Positions 27,901 to 39,900 of a stretch of 64,000 bases of DNA are shown piece by piece (positions within the stretch are counted from its first letter, which is position 1; each line of letters opens with the position of its first letter). Below the pieces are notes generated by a model. It ran no database searches. It was not told the origin of the DNA and worked only from the letters and a program-made list of their open reading frames with translations. The stretch spans positions 14,696,001 through 14,760,000 of the forward strand of contig NW_024704742.1 of the NCBI RefSeq assembly GCF_018977255.1, in the 5' to 3' direction. This stretch comes from Callorhinchus milii (taxonomy: Eukaryota). The position numbers were made by a program, and so were the translations under genes.

Positions 27901-30900
27901 CTTCAACTCAGTGCGAAAGGGCTGCCTCTGATTTTAAGGTTGTGACCCCTGGTTTTAGTTTCTCCAACCAGGGGAAACAATCTCCCACTATCTACTCTAT
28001 CATGCCCTTTGATGATCTTACAGGTTTCTATAAGATCCCCTCTAATTCTTCTATATATCTGATTGTGGAGTCCTGTAGCTCAGTGGTTAGAGCACTCACC
28101 TCGCAGGCGAGAGACCTGGGTTCTATTCCTGTCAGGGTGAAATGTTGGGCAAGTTTCCTTACTCCACACGCCTCTGTTTACCTACCAGTAAGTAGGAACT
28201 GGATTGTTAGTTGATTGGCAGATTGCTTTTCTGGGATAATAATCCCTCAAAAAACACAATAATTTGGTCACTCAATCCACGACTGATTGTGGGACACTGC
28301 TGTGCGCAATTGGCTGCCGCGTTTCACCCACAAATATACAGTCAATTCACTTCACAGTATATTCTGTGGAAGCGCTTTGAGACATCTAGGAGACATGAAA
28401 AACGCTATATCAAATGCGAGGATTATTATTATTAAAATCTATTTGGGAAGGCAATTTCAGTTTAATATAGAAATATATAGCTTTTTTTAAAAAGGATAAT
28501 GCTGAGTTTATAACTTCCAATATTATTGTATTCCAGGGATCAGCAAGCGCCACATAAAGTTGATGCACATTCCATTCAGATGCAAGGTTATAAAGTTTCA
28601 CGTGATGATGGTAAAATTTGTGCTTTATTTTACTCTCTTGTTGTTTGAAGTACAAAAGGACCTGATTATTATGGTATTAGAAGCAAAATGTGGAAAAAAA
28701 ATGACTGTTGGGTCACCACTGATTTTACACTTGTGCACAGTAGCAAGCAGGACGTGATGTCAGAAGAAACCTCAGGACCGAGATCTTGGGCAGTTTTTTT
28801 TATAGCATGGAAAGCCAGCTAATCAGAATCAGAAGTCAGGTTAGCTCCAGTCCACGGGTCACAAGGCTATACCGGAAGTATTAGAATGGAGTGCCTTATA
28901 TTTGATAAATTTCTATTTCCCTACTGGGGAGTGGGGCGAGATGAGTAATTGGCAAACATATTGAAAGGAATGATTTGAAATGTGTACTATGACAAAGAAA
29001 CCGTTTCCAGAATGTGTAGTGAATCTTTTAGTTACCTTAATTTACATCTGTTTTACAAGACTAATGATATTTTTAACCACACTTGTATGTGTAAAGCAGT
29101 TGAAGACCACTTGTAAGTTGCAAAGATAATATAGTAGAATCTACTAATACAGCAGTGTTTAAAATTATGATAGGGATTCATAAGAATACATAAATAGGTT
29201 TTCCACTTGTTAATGAATCCGTAACAAGGGAGCAGCAATATAAGATACCCAATTAGCAGGTCTAAAGCAGTGTTAGGGGGATATTTACACAGAAGTTAGC
29301 GAGAAGGTACAACTCCCTTCCAGAAATGTATTGAAGCAGAAAGTATCGCTTATAGTGAACCCTGGCTTACTCCTGAAAATCCCCCAAACTGGAGGCCTAA
29401 CTTTCTACCACAAGTAATTTGGCAGTGACCTGATTACCCAGAGTCACCCATTTTTAAGCAGGGGAGCTATGTGCATTGCAGTGAATATAACGTCACTGAC
29501 TAGTGATCATGGCCCTGATTATAAGGCAGATTGGGATTTTATATACCCCTCAATCAATAAAGGGGTTCTACCAGAGTTGTTGCTCAAACCTAATTGTTGG
29601 TAGTGTAAAACCCTATTTCTTCAATTGGAAATTAGTGAGCCTGAGATGTTCACTAATAGTGTGTGTTTTGAGGAAGAAAGAGAAAAGCTGACATTGTGTG
29701 GTACAGTAATGCTTCCTGGTGGAAGAAGCTTTTGGTTAGTCCTGTAACTGTATTCAAGACAAACTTCCTCTTTCTTCCACTATGTATACAAGCATTTGCA
29801 TGTATGCACAGTTGAAGAGGAAGTTTAATGAATTGTGATTTGTATTAGTAATTGGAATTCCATAACAACTTCAAAGTTGATATTCTGGATCATGATAATT
29901 TTTAAACAGATACCCAGACATGTTTTTCTAATACTTCCTGAAATCCGATATCCAAATGAATCGTAACCCAGAAACAATCTGATTTATTTTTCTTACTTAC
30001 CCAATTTATTTTGATGTACTGACAAACAAATCTTCTCAGCCAGGTCCTTTGATGTCATTTTCTTTAAAGGAAACTTTTATTTAAAAATATCTTGGGTCAA
30101 CAGTTTCACACTCGACCAGTTAATTGCAACATGTCCATGTCAGTGGAAACCCAATTATCTTTCTTCATGGCACAAAGCAGATTAACACCCACTTGTAAAC
30201 TGTACGTTGTACATACTATTCAACAAGCTCCTGTCATATTCCTTCCTGACATCTGTCTTTTTTGGGGGGTTATCTGAGCACCAGGCCAATCGTTACTGTA
30301 AAAATCACTTGCTGCTTTTAGCCATGCATGGTTCTGTTGTCAGTTATTTCTCTCTTCTGCTATTTATAAAGAAGGTGGAATTAATTCTATGTGCAGTCCT
30401 TGAGACTGCTTGCAGCTTGACAGCCTGATGAGATTTTTTTGTAAGGCTCTGCTGCCTCCAAATGTTAACTTTATGCTACTGCTTTGTAATTGAATATATA
30501 TTTCAATGTGACAATAGTTTTTATAAATCATATTTACTCAAGGACCAGTCTTAATGCATTGCGCTAAGACCATATAAATTATTTATTGTCGGTTAGGACC
30601 TATTTTAAATTAAAATAGCTTACTTATGACTGGAACCATAATGTTTAGCTAATCTGTGTTTGCGTTCACTGTATTTTTCTTAGAATGTGTAAGTGTAAAA
30701 TATTGGTGCCTTGGGAAGTTAATTTTTAAGTATGGAACTGTTGTGAATATGGCTGTACACCAAGTAGTGGAACTTTACACTTTTTTTAAAAAAATTCTCA
30801 GAATTAAAGGTGCTTGAAGTGAAAATTTCACAAGAATAAAAAGTTGCACTTAACTTTGCTTTGTCAAGACCTGCAAGTAGGCTTTCTGTTGTATAGCGTT

Positions 30901-33900
30901 AGGCACTTAAACTGTTTTTTTTGTGTTGCCATGTACACTGTTCAGACATGAAATCTGATATGGCGTCATGAGAAGAGTATTTTCATTCCACAAGGAGTGA
31001 AGTATAATTAGCTCCGTCCAAGAACACAAGCTGGCAATTTGGTCAAGATCAACATGCTGTGCTGTTACTGTCAGTGTAGTGGTAAAGCTAGTAAGTAGCT
31101 AGTTAAGTGGCTCAGCGACCAGCTCCCAAGCACTAAAGAATAGCCCACTTCCACGTCAATCATAGCTGCTAACAATATCACTTATGTGTTGATAATGTGC
31201 AGGGGCAGACCACCCAGAATGTAACCTACCCATGCGAACAAGTTAATTGTGTATGACAAGGCCGTACGCAATATGAAAAAAGTAATAGTGATCTAATGAC
31301 CTGGAAGACAGCCATTTGGGAGCATGGGAAACTGGCTGGCATTTTGGATGTGTAATTTGTGATGTCACTACGTGGAAGAGCTGACCAGTGGGTTTTTAAG
31401 GACATGCCCCTGACCTCCCAATCAGTGCTTTATAAAAGGGTTCATGTTTTACTGTATTGAGAATTCCTGCATGACCAAGTGGAAGTTAGATAACTATTAA
31501 TTTGATTATGTAGCGTTAGCAACATTTGGAAACCACCAATACATTTTCAACCTTCATAATTCATTTCGAGTAACTTTAGATGCTTAGTTACCAAAATTGT
31601 AAACCAGCCATTTAAAATCATTAGACTTATTGATGGGTTGGCGTGTTTGGATAGTGAGGTAACTGAGCTATACAGGCTTCGCTGGCAATGTCTCATGTTT
31701 GGTTCTGGATTTTGCTGAGTTAGTTGATCTCAGCCTGGTTGGCAATAAGAATCCCTGGTTAGGGAGAGAAATATTATTCTGGAGTTCCCTCCCCTGATTC
31801 CTTTCCAGCAATTGCTGGATGTGGACATCTTAAAAAGGCCAGGTTGAGACACCCCCATTGAATAGCTTATTGACATTCATAATCAACTTCACACCTGAAT
31901 AATGGACACCAGGGAGCAACTTCATTCAGCCATGAATGGAAAAGGAAATCTCAACACCAGAAGGAGAAAATTGGTGGAGGAAATAAATTAAATGCAGATT
32001 AATTACTAAACTTTATTTTCTTGTTTGACCAAATAAACCAGATGTCAATTTTAGAACCAAAAGATTAATGAATGTTATTCAAAATATGGTTTCAGCAAAA
32101 CTAAATGGCTGTTGATGAATATATAATACAGCCACATTATTACATCCTTCTTTATAGAGCAGGCTGGTTGTAATGCAGTTGCAGTGTGGACCCCATTCAT
32201 TATCCGGTGCCTCTGGCCTTCTTGATTCCCATGCGCCAGCTGGCTCTTTTTAAAGCAGCTTTTCCACTTGCATGTCTGAAAGAAGTTACCATCTACTATT
32301 CTTTCTTTTTAAATGGAATTTTTGGAGGGAAATAAATTATTTAGATTGAAAATAAATCTTACTTTCCCCATGGTAGTTACCATTCTTTCAATTGTATTGA
32401 ACTTTGCTGGGACAAAAAGTAAAACCACTACTACTGATAGCAAATGGTAGATGTTACGTGACAAAGTACCATAATTATGTCTAGTAAGCCATAAGCCATG
32501 AACTTGTGAATGTTCAGTGACCATAACTTTGTTAACTTTTCAACTAGTGATTGAATAGAATTGGTGTCCTAAATATTATTTGAATAAAGAAAATTGTGTG
32601 TTTTTGGTGTTTAATTATGTCATTAATTACTCTTCTCTTCACAAGCTGCAGATCATCCAAAACTCTGCAGCTCGTGTACTCTCATGCACCAGGCTCCGAG
32701 ACCCCATCACTCCCACCCTCGCCCGACTCCACTGGCTCCCCATCCCCCAAAGGATCGAGTTCAAGATCCTCATCCTCACTTTCAAGGCCATCCATGGCCT
32801 TGCCCCCTCCTACCTCTCTGACCTGCTGACTCCCTACCAACCTGCCCACTCCCTCCGTTCAATGGGCTCTGGTCTGCTCCATGTCTCCCGCCTGACCCGC
32901 ACTACCATCGGTGGCCGGGCTTTCAGCCTCTCTGCCCCCACTCTCTGGAACTCCATCCCATGGTCCCTTCGCCTCGCTTCCTCCCTTGCCTCCTTCAAGG
33001 CCGGTCTCAAGACCCTTCTTGAGTGTCTTTGTCTTTGGTCTCCCTCCCACCACTCTGCCTTCCCTCACCCCTACACCACCCCTCCCCCATGCTTGAGCCC
33101 CGACACCTGACTGTTCAGTGCTTTGGGATGTCCTCCTGATGTGAAAGGTGCTCTATAAATGTAATTTTGTTGTTGTTGTCAGTTTGACTCACTTGTTAGC
33201 ATTCTCACCTCTGGGTCAAAAGGTTGTGGGTTCAAGCCCCACATCAGGACTTTGACGTTGTAGTCTTGGCAAGTGCTGAAGGTGTGCTGCATTGTCTTTG
33301 GATAAAATGTTAGAGAAGCCCTGTTTGAATGTTCAGGTAGAAGTTGAGATTCTATGATCCTATTTGAAAAAAATTCTCTTGGTGTCCTGCCCAACAATCC
33401 TCCAGATAAAATTAGGTTTTCACATCTTGGCTGTTTGTGGTACATTACTGGCAAATTGACACAACAGTATACCACAAACTCCCTTTTTTGGGGAAGTGTA
33501 GATATACTTATTGCATAGAAAAAATATACCAGCTTAATTCTGTTTTGTACTTCCTCCATTTTGTTATGACTTTTAGCACACTTATTTCATCATGGTTTCC
33601 TCCTCAACCTAGAAGGGTAGCATAGTCTGGGCACTAAACCTAATAGCTGGCTGGAGGAACACTGGAACAATACTTTTCCAGCTCTATTGATCAGAAAGTG
33701 AGAATTTCCAGTTGGAGTTGTTACTAAGATGTTGTTATGATGATGGTCTATATGAACCCCTGAAAAAGCAATTGGCAGATCGCTTCTCTGCGTGTAATAA
33801 TCCCTCAAGAAAAAAACAATAATAATTTGGTCACTCAATCCACAACTGTTTGTGGGACGCTCTGTGCACAATTGACTGCTGTGTTTTGCCCACAGATATT

Positions 33901-36900
33901 CAGTCAATTCACTTTACTGTTGTTGTTTACTAGTGTTTACTTTGTTGTTGTTGTTTACAGTATATTCCGTGACACGCTTTGAGATGTCTAGAAGACATGA
34001 AAAGCACTATATCAAATGCTATTATTATTGCACCCATTTACATATTGCCAAAGATACACACACACTTACATAAATTACATTTTACGCAAGTGTGTGTGTA
34101 TTGTGGAACTAGAGGAAATGTTCTGCTTGGAGTGCAAGTGCACCTCAAAAATCTGACTCATTACTGATGCCTCATCAAACCCGAGCCAACCACCATTTCT
34201 GGCCATCACAACAGATTTGACAGCCAGAAATTGCACACAAATGCAAATTTTACAAGTTTGCTATATTAAGTACTGATGATGAAAAATTATCTTTATAAAA
34301 ATAATTTATATTTCACATTTTAATTCCTGAAATGATGAATGCATCTGGGGACTATAGGAACCCATACAAGTACAGGACAAATGCTATTTGTTTTTTCTTG
34401 AGTGCTGAAGTAGATGGCGGCCACTTTTGTATTAAAAATGTAATTCACTGCTGATAGTGTTAAGGAATTGTAACAACACCTGTTTCGGCAATTGAAAATA
34501 AAGATTGCTGAAAATAAGGAGATGCTATTTACTGGGAACCTGACTAGATTAACATCCTACACCAACTTCAGCAATAAGCTATCTAAAGTGCTCAACATTT
34601 AAAATTTAACACAAGCACATATGAGAATGGTTTATCAGATGAATGCACATAACTGCATCAGTAAGCTGTGCTATCCATGAAAAAGTAGAGGAACATTCCA
34701 TCCATTGGATGCTGACGTGAAAGGTGCTATATAAATGTAATTTGTTGTTGTTGCTATTACAATTCAGTTTTCAACTTTATTAATGAAGCAAACTACAGTG
34801 CAGGAAGAAAATCATGTCATTACTGTTCTCTTCTACTCTGGATCTCAAAGGACATTTTGTTTCAGAACATTGCAGTGTGATCAGTCATATTATTTCTCAC
34901 CAGTCATGCCATTTAAGCAGCTATTAAATCTATTTTTGAATATGACATTGGGTACTCATCATTCAATGAATTTTCATACCAGTGGCTTTGTGCAACATAT
35001 GTTGCTAAATGTGTTCTCATCTACAGCACAGAGGTACATGAGACCAAAGGAGGCAGTATATCCTGCTTTGATTATGCACAGAATAATTCATGTTAGAGAT
35101 TGAATACAAGGTAATCATCCACTTACAAATTTGAAATGACAACTAACACCAATGGGGCAATTATATCTGACTCACAAGATTAAATTGTTGCTTTCAATAA
35201 GCATTTTAGAAAGATACTGAGATGTTATTTCACCTCCTCTGGTACTTCAACAAATGATCTATAGGCATGTCAGATTCAAATCTCTACATGAAATGATTCA
35301 TCACTTCAATAGAAGATTAAAGCATTTTAGAGTTGCAGTTATTCAAACTAACAGAATATTTTCTGTTTATTTTTCATTAGGTGCATGGCAAGTCAAGAGT
35401 GGTTTGGAAAATTCTAAGTCGTGGGACCAGAGTGTTCAGAGACCTAACTTTCAGAGGTAATGCCTATGGTGAGGGTAAATCCTTTATAGGAGCAAGAAAA
35501 AAGCTTGAATAAAATTGTGCTCTTAAAAATTGTTACTAGCAAGAATTTGTTTTTCAATTGGTGTGTAAATTAGCTTTAATTAAAACCCAGTACAGTGGAG
35601 AGCTGATGATCCACGCTAATTAGGATTCTAGATGTGTTGAATGGTTGAGTTGAAAGTTGAATAGTTTACTGAGTAATAATGAGATTTAAGGTTCAGGTTC
35701 TTTTAATAAAGGGACCTGTTTTCTACCAGAAATCTTGTTTATTTTGATCTCTAAACTGAGATTACTTTTCAATTTTCCTTTAACAAATTATTAGAACTAC
35801 ATGGTGCAAAAAATACTTTTATTCCAAGATATCACATTATCTCCAGATTGATGCAGCTTTAAATGATTGGTGCGATAAACTAGTTACAGTAACTGCATTT
35901 TACTAATAGATTATCGTTAAACTACTGGCTTTGCACATCTTTTTTACTTCACAAAATAGTGTCAAAAATCCTATGAGCGGAAATTTTTATCCAATTCAAC
36001 AACAACAACAACAAGATTCCATTTATAGAGCGCCTTTCACGTCAGGAGGACGTCCCAAGGCGCTGCACAGTTGGGTCATGACCCGAGCAGGGGGGAAATG
36101 GTCAGGGTGAGGGGAGGGAAGGGAGGGAGAGAGGAGGGGGGAAATGGTCAGGGTGAGGGGAGGGAAGGGAGGGAGCGAGGAGGAGGAAGAGAGTCGAGAG
36201 GGGAGCTGAAGGCACGGTCAAAGAGAAAGGTTTTGAGACCGGCCTTGAAGGAGGAAAGGGAGGAAGCAAGGCGAAGGCACTGGGGGATGGAGTTCCAGAG
36301 CCTCGGGGCTGAGAGGCTGAAGGCCCGACCACCGATAGTAGGGCGGTTGGGGCGGGGGACGTGGAGCAGACCGGAGCCAGAGGAACGGAGGGTACGGGCA
36401 GGTAGGTAGGGGGATAGTAGGTTGGAGAGGTAGGAGGGAGCAAGGCCGTGAATGGCCTTGTAGGTGAGGATGAGGATCTTGAAATCAATCCTCTGGGGGA
36501 TGGGGAGCCAGTGGAGGCGAGCGAGGGTGGGAGTGATGTGGTCCCGAAGCCTGGTGCGGGACAGTACACGAGCTGCAGAGTTCTGAATGACCTGCAGCTT
36601 GTGGAGGGAGGTGGCGGGAAGGCCGGCGAGGAGAGAGTTCCCATAGTCCAGCCTTGAGGTGACAAAGGCGTGAACCAGGGTTTCAGCAGCGTGAGGGGTG
36701 AGGTAGTGCCGTAGTATGGCGATGTTCCGGAGGTGATGGAAGGCGGTGCCAGTTGTGGTGCGGATGTGAGGGAGAAAGGACAGCTCAGGGTCGAACAAAA
36801 CGCCGAGGTTCCTGACTGGCTTTGAGAGGTGGAGAGTGCAGCCTTGGATGCTGATGGTGTCAGCGCCTGAGGTGCGGAGGCGCTGACGTGAGCCAATCAG

Positions 36901-39900
36901 GAGGGCCTCGGTTTTTCGCACGTTGAGCTGAAGAAAGTTGTCTCTCGTCCAGGACTCGATGTCGGACAGGCAGGCTGTCAGGACATCGGTGGTCGTGGAG
37001 TTGAGAGTAGAGGAGGAAAGGTAGAGTTGGGTGTCATCCGCATACATGTGGAAGTTAACCCCATGTTTGCGGATGATGTCACCGAGGGGGAGCATATAGA
37101 GGGTGAAGAGGAGGGGACCGAGGACAGAGCCCTGAGGGACACCACATGAGACAGTACGGGGGGTGGAGGAGAAGCCATTCGTTGAGACGAAGTGAAGACG
37201 GTGGGAAAGGTAAGAGCTAAACCATTCAAGGACAGTGCCTTGAAGGTTGAGGTGGGAGGACAAGCGGTGGAGTAGGATAGCGTGGTCGACCGTATCGAAT
37301 GCTGCCGATAGGTCGAGGAGGACGAGGAGACAGAGGGAGCCCTGGTCACAGATAGTCAGGATATCATTGGTGACCTTGACCAGGGCAGTTTCTGTGCTAT
37401 GAGCAGCACGGAAACCTGACTGAAGGGGTTCAAAAAGAGAATGGGTGGAGAGGAAAGAGCGCAGTTGGGAGGCGACAACTCTTTCCAAGACCTTGGAGAG
37501 AAAGGGGAGGTTGGAGATGGGCCGGTAGCTTGATAGCTGCGACGCATCAAGGGAGGGTTTTTTCAGGGTGGGCGTGATGATGGCAGTTTTTAATGGAATG
37601 GGGACAGAGCCAGAGGAGAGGGACAGGTTTATGATGTCAGTGATGTGTGGGGCAAGAAAATGGAGCTGGGAGATAAGGAGTGGAGTGGGGATGGGGTCAA
37701 GGGAGCAGGTGGTTGGTTTTAGGGATAGGATGAGTTCAGTGACAGAGGGTGGGGAAACGGGTACGAAGGTGTGTAGGGGAGGATGGGTAGGAGTCGGAGT
37801 GTGGGAGGGAAGGGGTGGGTGGTGGGTGGAAGTTGGAGGGGAAGTGACCGCGGAGCGGATTCCCTTGATCTTGGATTCAAGGAAATCCAGCATCTCCTCG
37901 CAGTGAAGGTTGGAGGAGATGACCTGCGCGGGGTGGCGGGGGGACGGAGGAGTCGGGATGTGGTGGAAAACAGTAGCCTGGGGTTGTTCTTCGCCTCCAG
38001 GATTATCCTGGAGTAGAAGGACGACTTGGCCGAGGCTAGAGTGGAGCGGTAAATTTTGAGGAGGTCCAGCCAGATTTGTCGGTGGACCGTTAAGCCGGAT
38101 TTGACAAAGGTGCGCTCAGCAGCCCGCACCTGGCATTTCAGTGAGCGGAGGTGGGTGGTGTACCAGGGGGAGGAGCGGGAGTAGGAGACAGTGCGGGAAG
38201 TGATGGGGGCAAGAGTATCGAGTGTGGAGGAGAGGATATTGTGGAGGAGGGAGAGAGGAGAAGAGGGGTCGGTGAGGGTTGAAGGCCAGAGGGAGAGGAG
38301 TTCAGAGGACTCCAAGGCATCGGTTAGGGATTGTGGGGGTAACTTCTTCCAAGGGCGGTAGAAGATGGTGGTGGGTCTGGTGGAGGTGGGGAGGGGGGTG
38401 GAGGTGGTGAAGGAGATGAAGTAGTGGTCGGAGATGGCCTTGTCGGTAATAGTGACATCCGAGACACTGAGGCCCCGGGTGATCACCAAATCGAGTGGGT
38501 GGCCGTGACTGTGAGTGGGGGAGTTTATGTGTAGGGAGAGGTTGAGTGAGGAGAGCAGGGAAGAGAAGTCTGTGGAGATGGAGCAGGAGGGGGTGAAGTG
38601 TAGGTTAAAGTCGCCCAGGATGATGAGGCGATCAGAGGAGAGGCAAAGAGATGTGAGGAGTGTTGAAATGTCAGAGATGAAGGTGGGAGAGGTTTTAGGG
38701 GGCCGGTAGAGGAGGAGGATTTTAAGGGAGAGGAATGAGGGGTGGGAGAGGGTGAGGTGCTCGAAGGAGGGGAAAGAGCCAGAGGAGTAGGGGGATAGGG
38801 CAAGTGGTGTCCTTGAGATAAGGGCAACACCACCGCCACGGCGGTTGGGGCGGGGGATGTGGTGGGAGGTGTAGCCGGGTGGCGTGGCCTCCGTGAGGGG
38901 GAAGGTGTCGCCTGGGGTGAGCCACGTTTCTGTCAAGGCCATGATATCAACGTTCTCATCAAGGATGAGATCGTTGATGACCAGGGCCTTGTTGCAGAGG
39001 GAGCGGACATTTTGCAGTCCGATGTGGAGGGAGCGGTTGACAGAAGGGTGTGTGGGAGGGGAGGGGGGTCCAGGTTGTGAGGCAGGGGTGGGGGAGATGG
39101 GGATGAGGGAGGAGAGGTTGACTCCCCGGGTCTGTGTCCGGGGTGGCTGGCGAGAGTGGTGGGGAATGGGGCAGTCGGTGTGGCTGCTGCTGGACAGCCA
39201 ACGCCGAGTGCCGCGGTGAGCCCGGCGGAGGATTCCCAGACTGGAACAGAGGGAGGTTGTGGGAGGGTCAAGTGGGGATAGAAGACGAGAGGGACGGAGA
39301 GAGAGGAGGAGAGAGCGGGAGAGATGGAGAGGGGGGAGGGTTTGGGGGGAGAGAGGAGGGGGGTGGGAGGGAGGGGGTGAGGGGGCTCGGGTCAAAGCGG
39401 CAGCCATAGGGACCGGGAGCGAGCGGTCAGGTGGATGGCATTATCCCGCAGATTGGGGCATCGAACCCAACAGGACCATAGTGGGCTCTGATGTGAGCCC
39501 TGGGGGGGGGGGGGGGGCGCAGAGGGTTTTTTTTTTTTTTTTTTTTTTTGTGCGCGCGCACTCACCTGAAAACTAATCTATGACGTCGCAGTTCCCCGCT
39601 CCGCCCCCACACCTCCCTCCACTGCCTAGCTGCACTCGCTCCGGCGTCGAGTTTAAGTACCTGGGTCAGTAGGCCCAGGCTCCTCCCCGCGCTCTCCTGC
39701 TGCCGCTCCCCGACTGGCTGCACTCGCTCCGGCGTCGAGTTTAAGTACCTGGGTCAGTAGGCCCAGGCTCCTCCCCGCGCTCTCCTGCCGCCGCTCCCCG
39801 ACTGAAGACCGATTGAAGAATATTGTGGAAGTGTAATACTTAATTGATCAGAATATGAACAGCTACTAAATTAGAACAAGCTGTGTAAAATCAATCTTAT

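Noticed and set aside
28651..28673. Alternative micro-exon candidate for USP53 exon 13
   Set aside because: Phase-compatible but has weaker splice sites than 28537-28610, which also better fits the recalled human exon
37893..37945. Programmed frameshift between L2 EN and RT frames
   Set aside because: L2 EN-RT is normally one ORF and no canonical slippery heptamer is visible; a single indel is simpler
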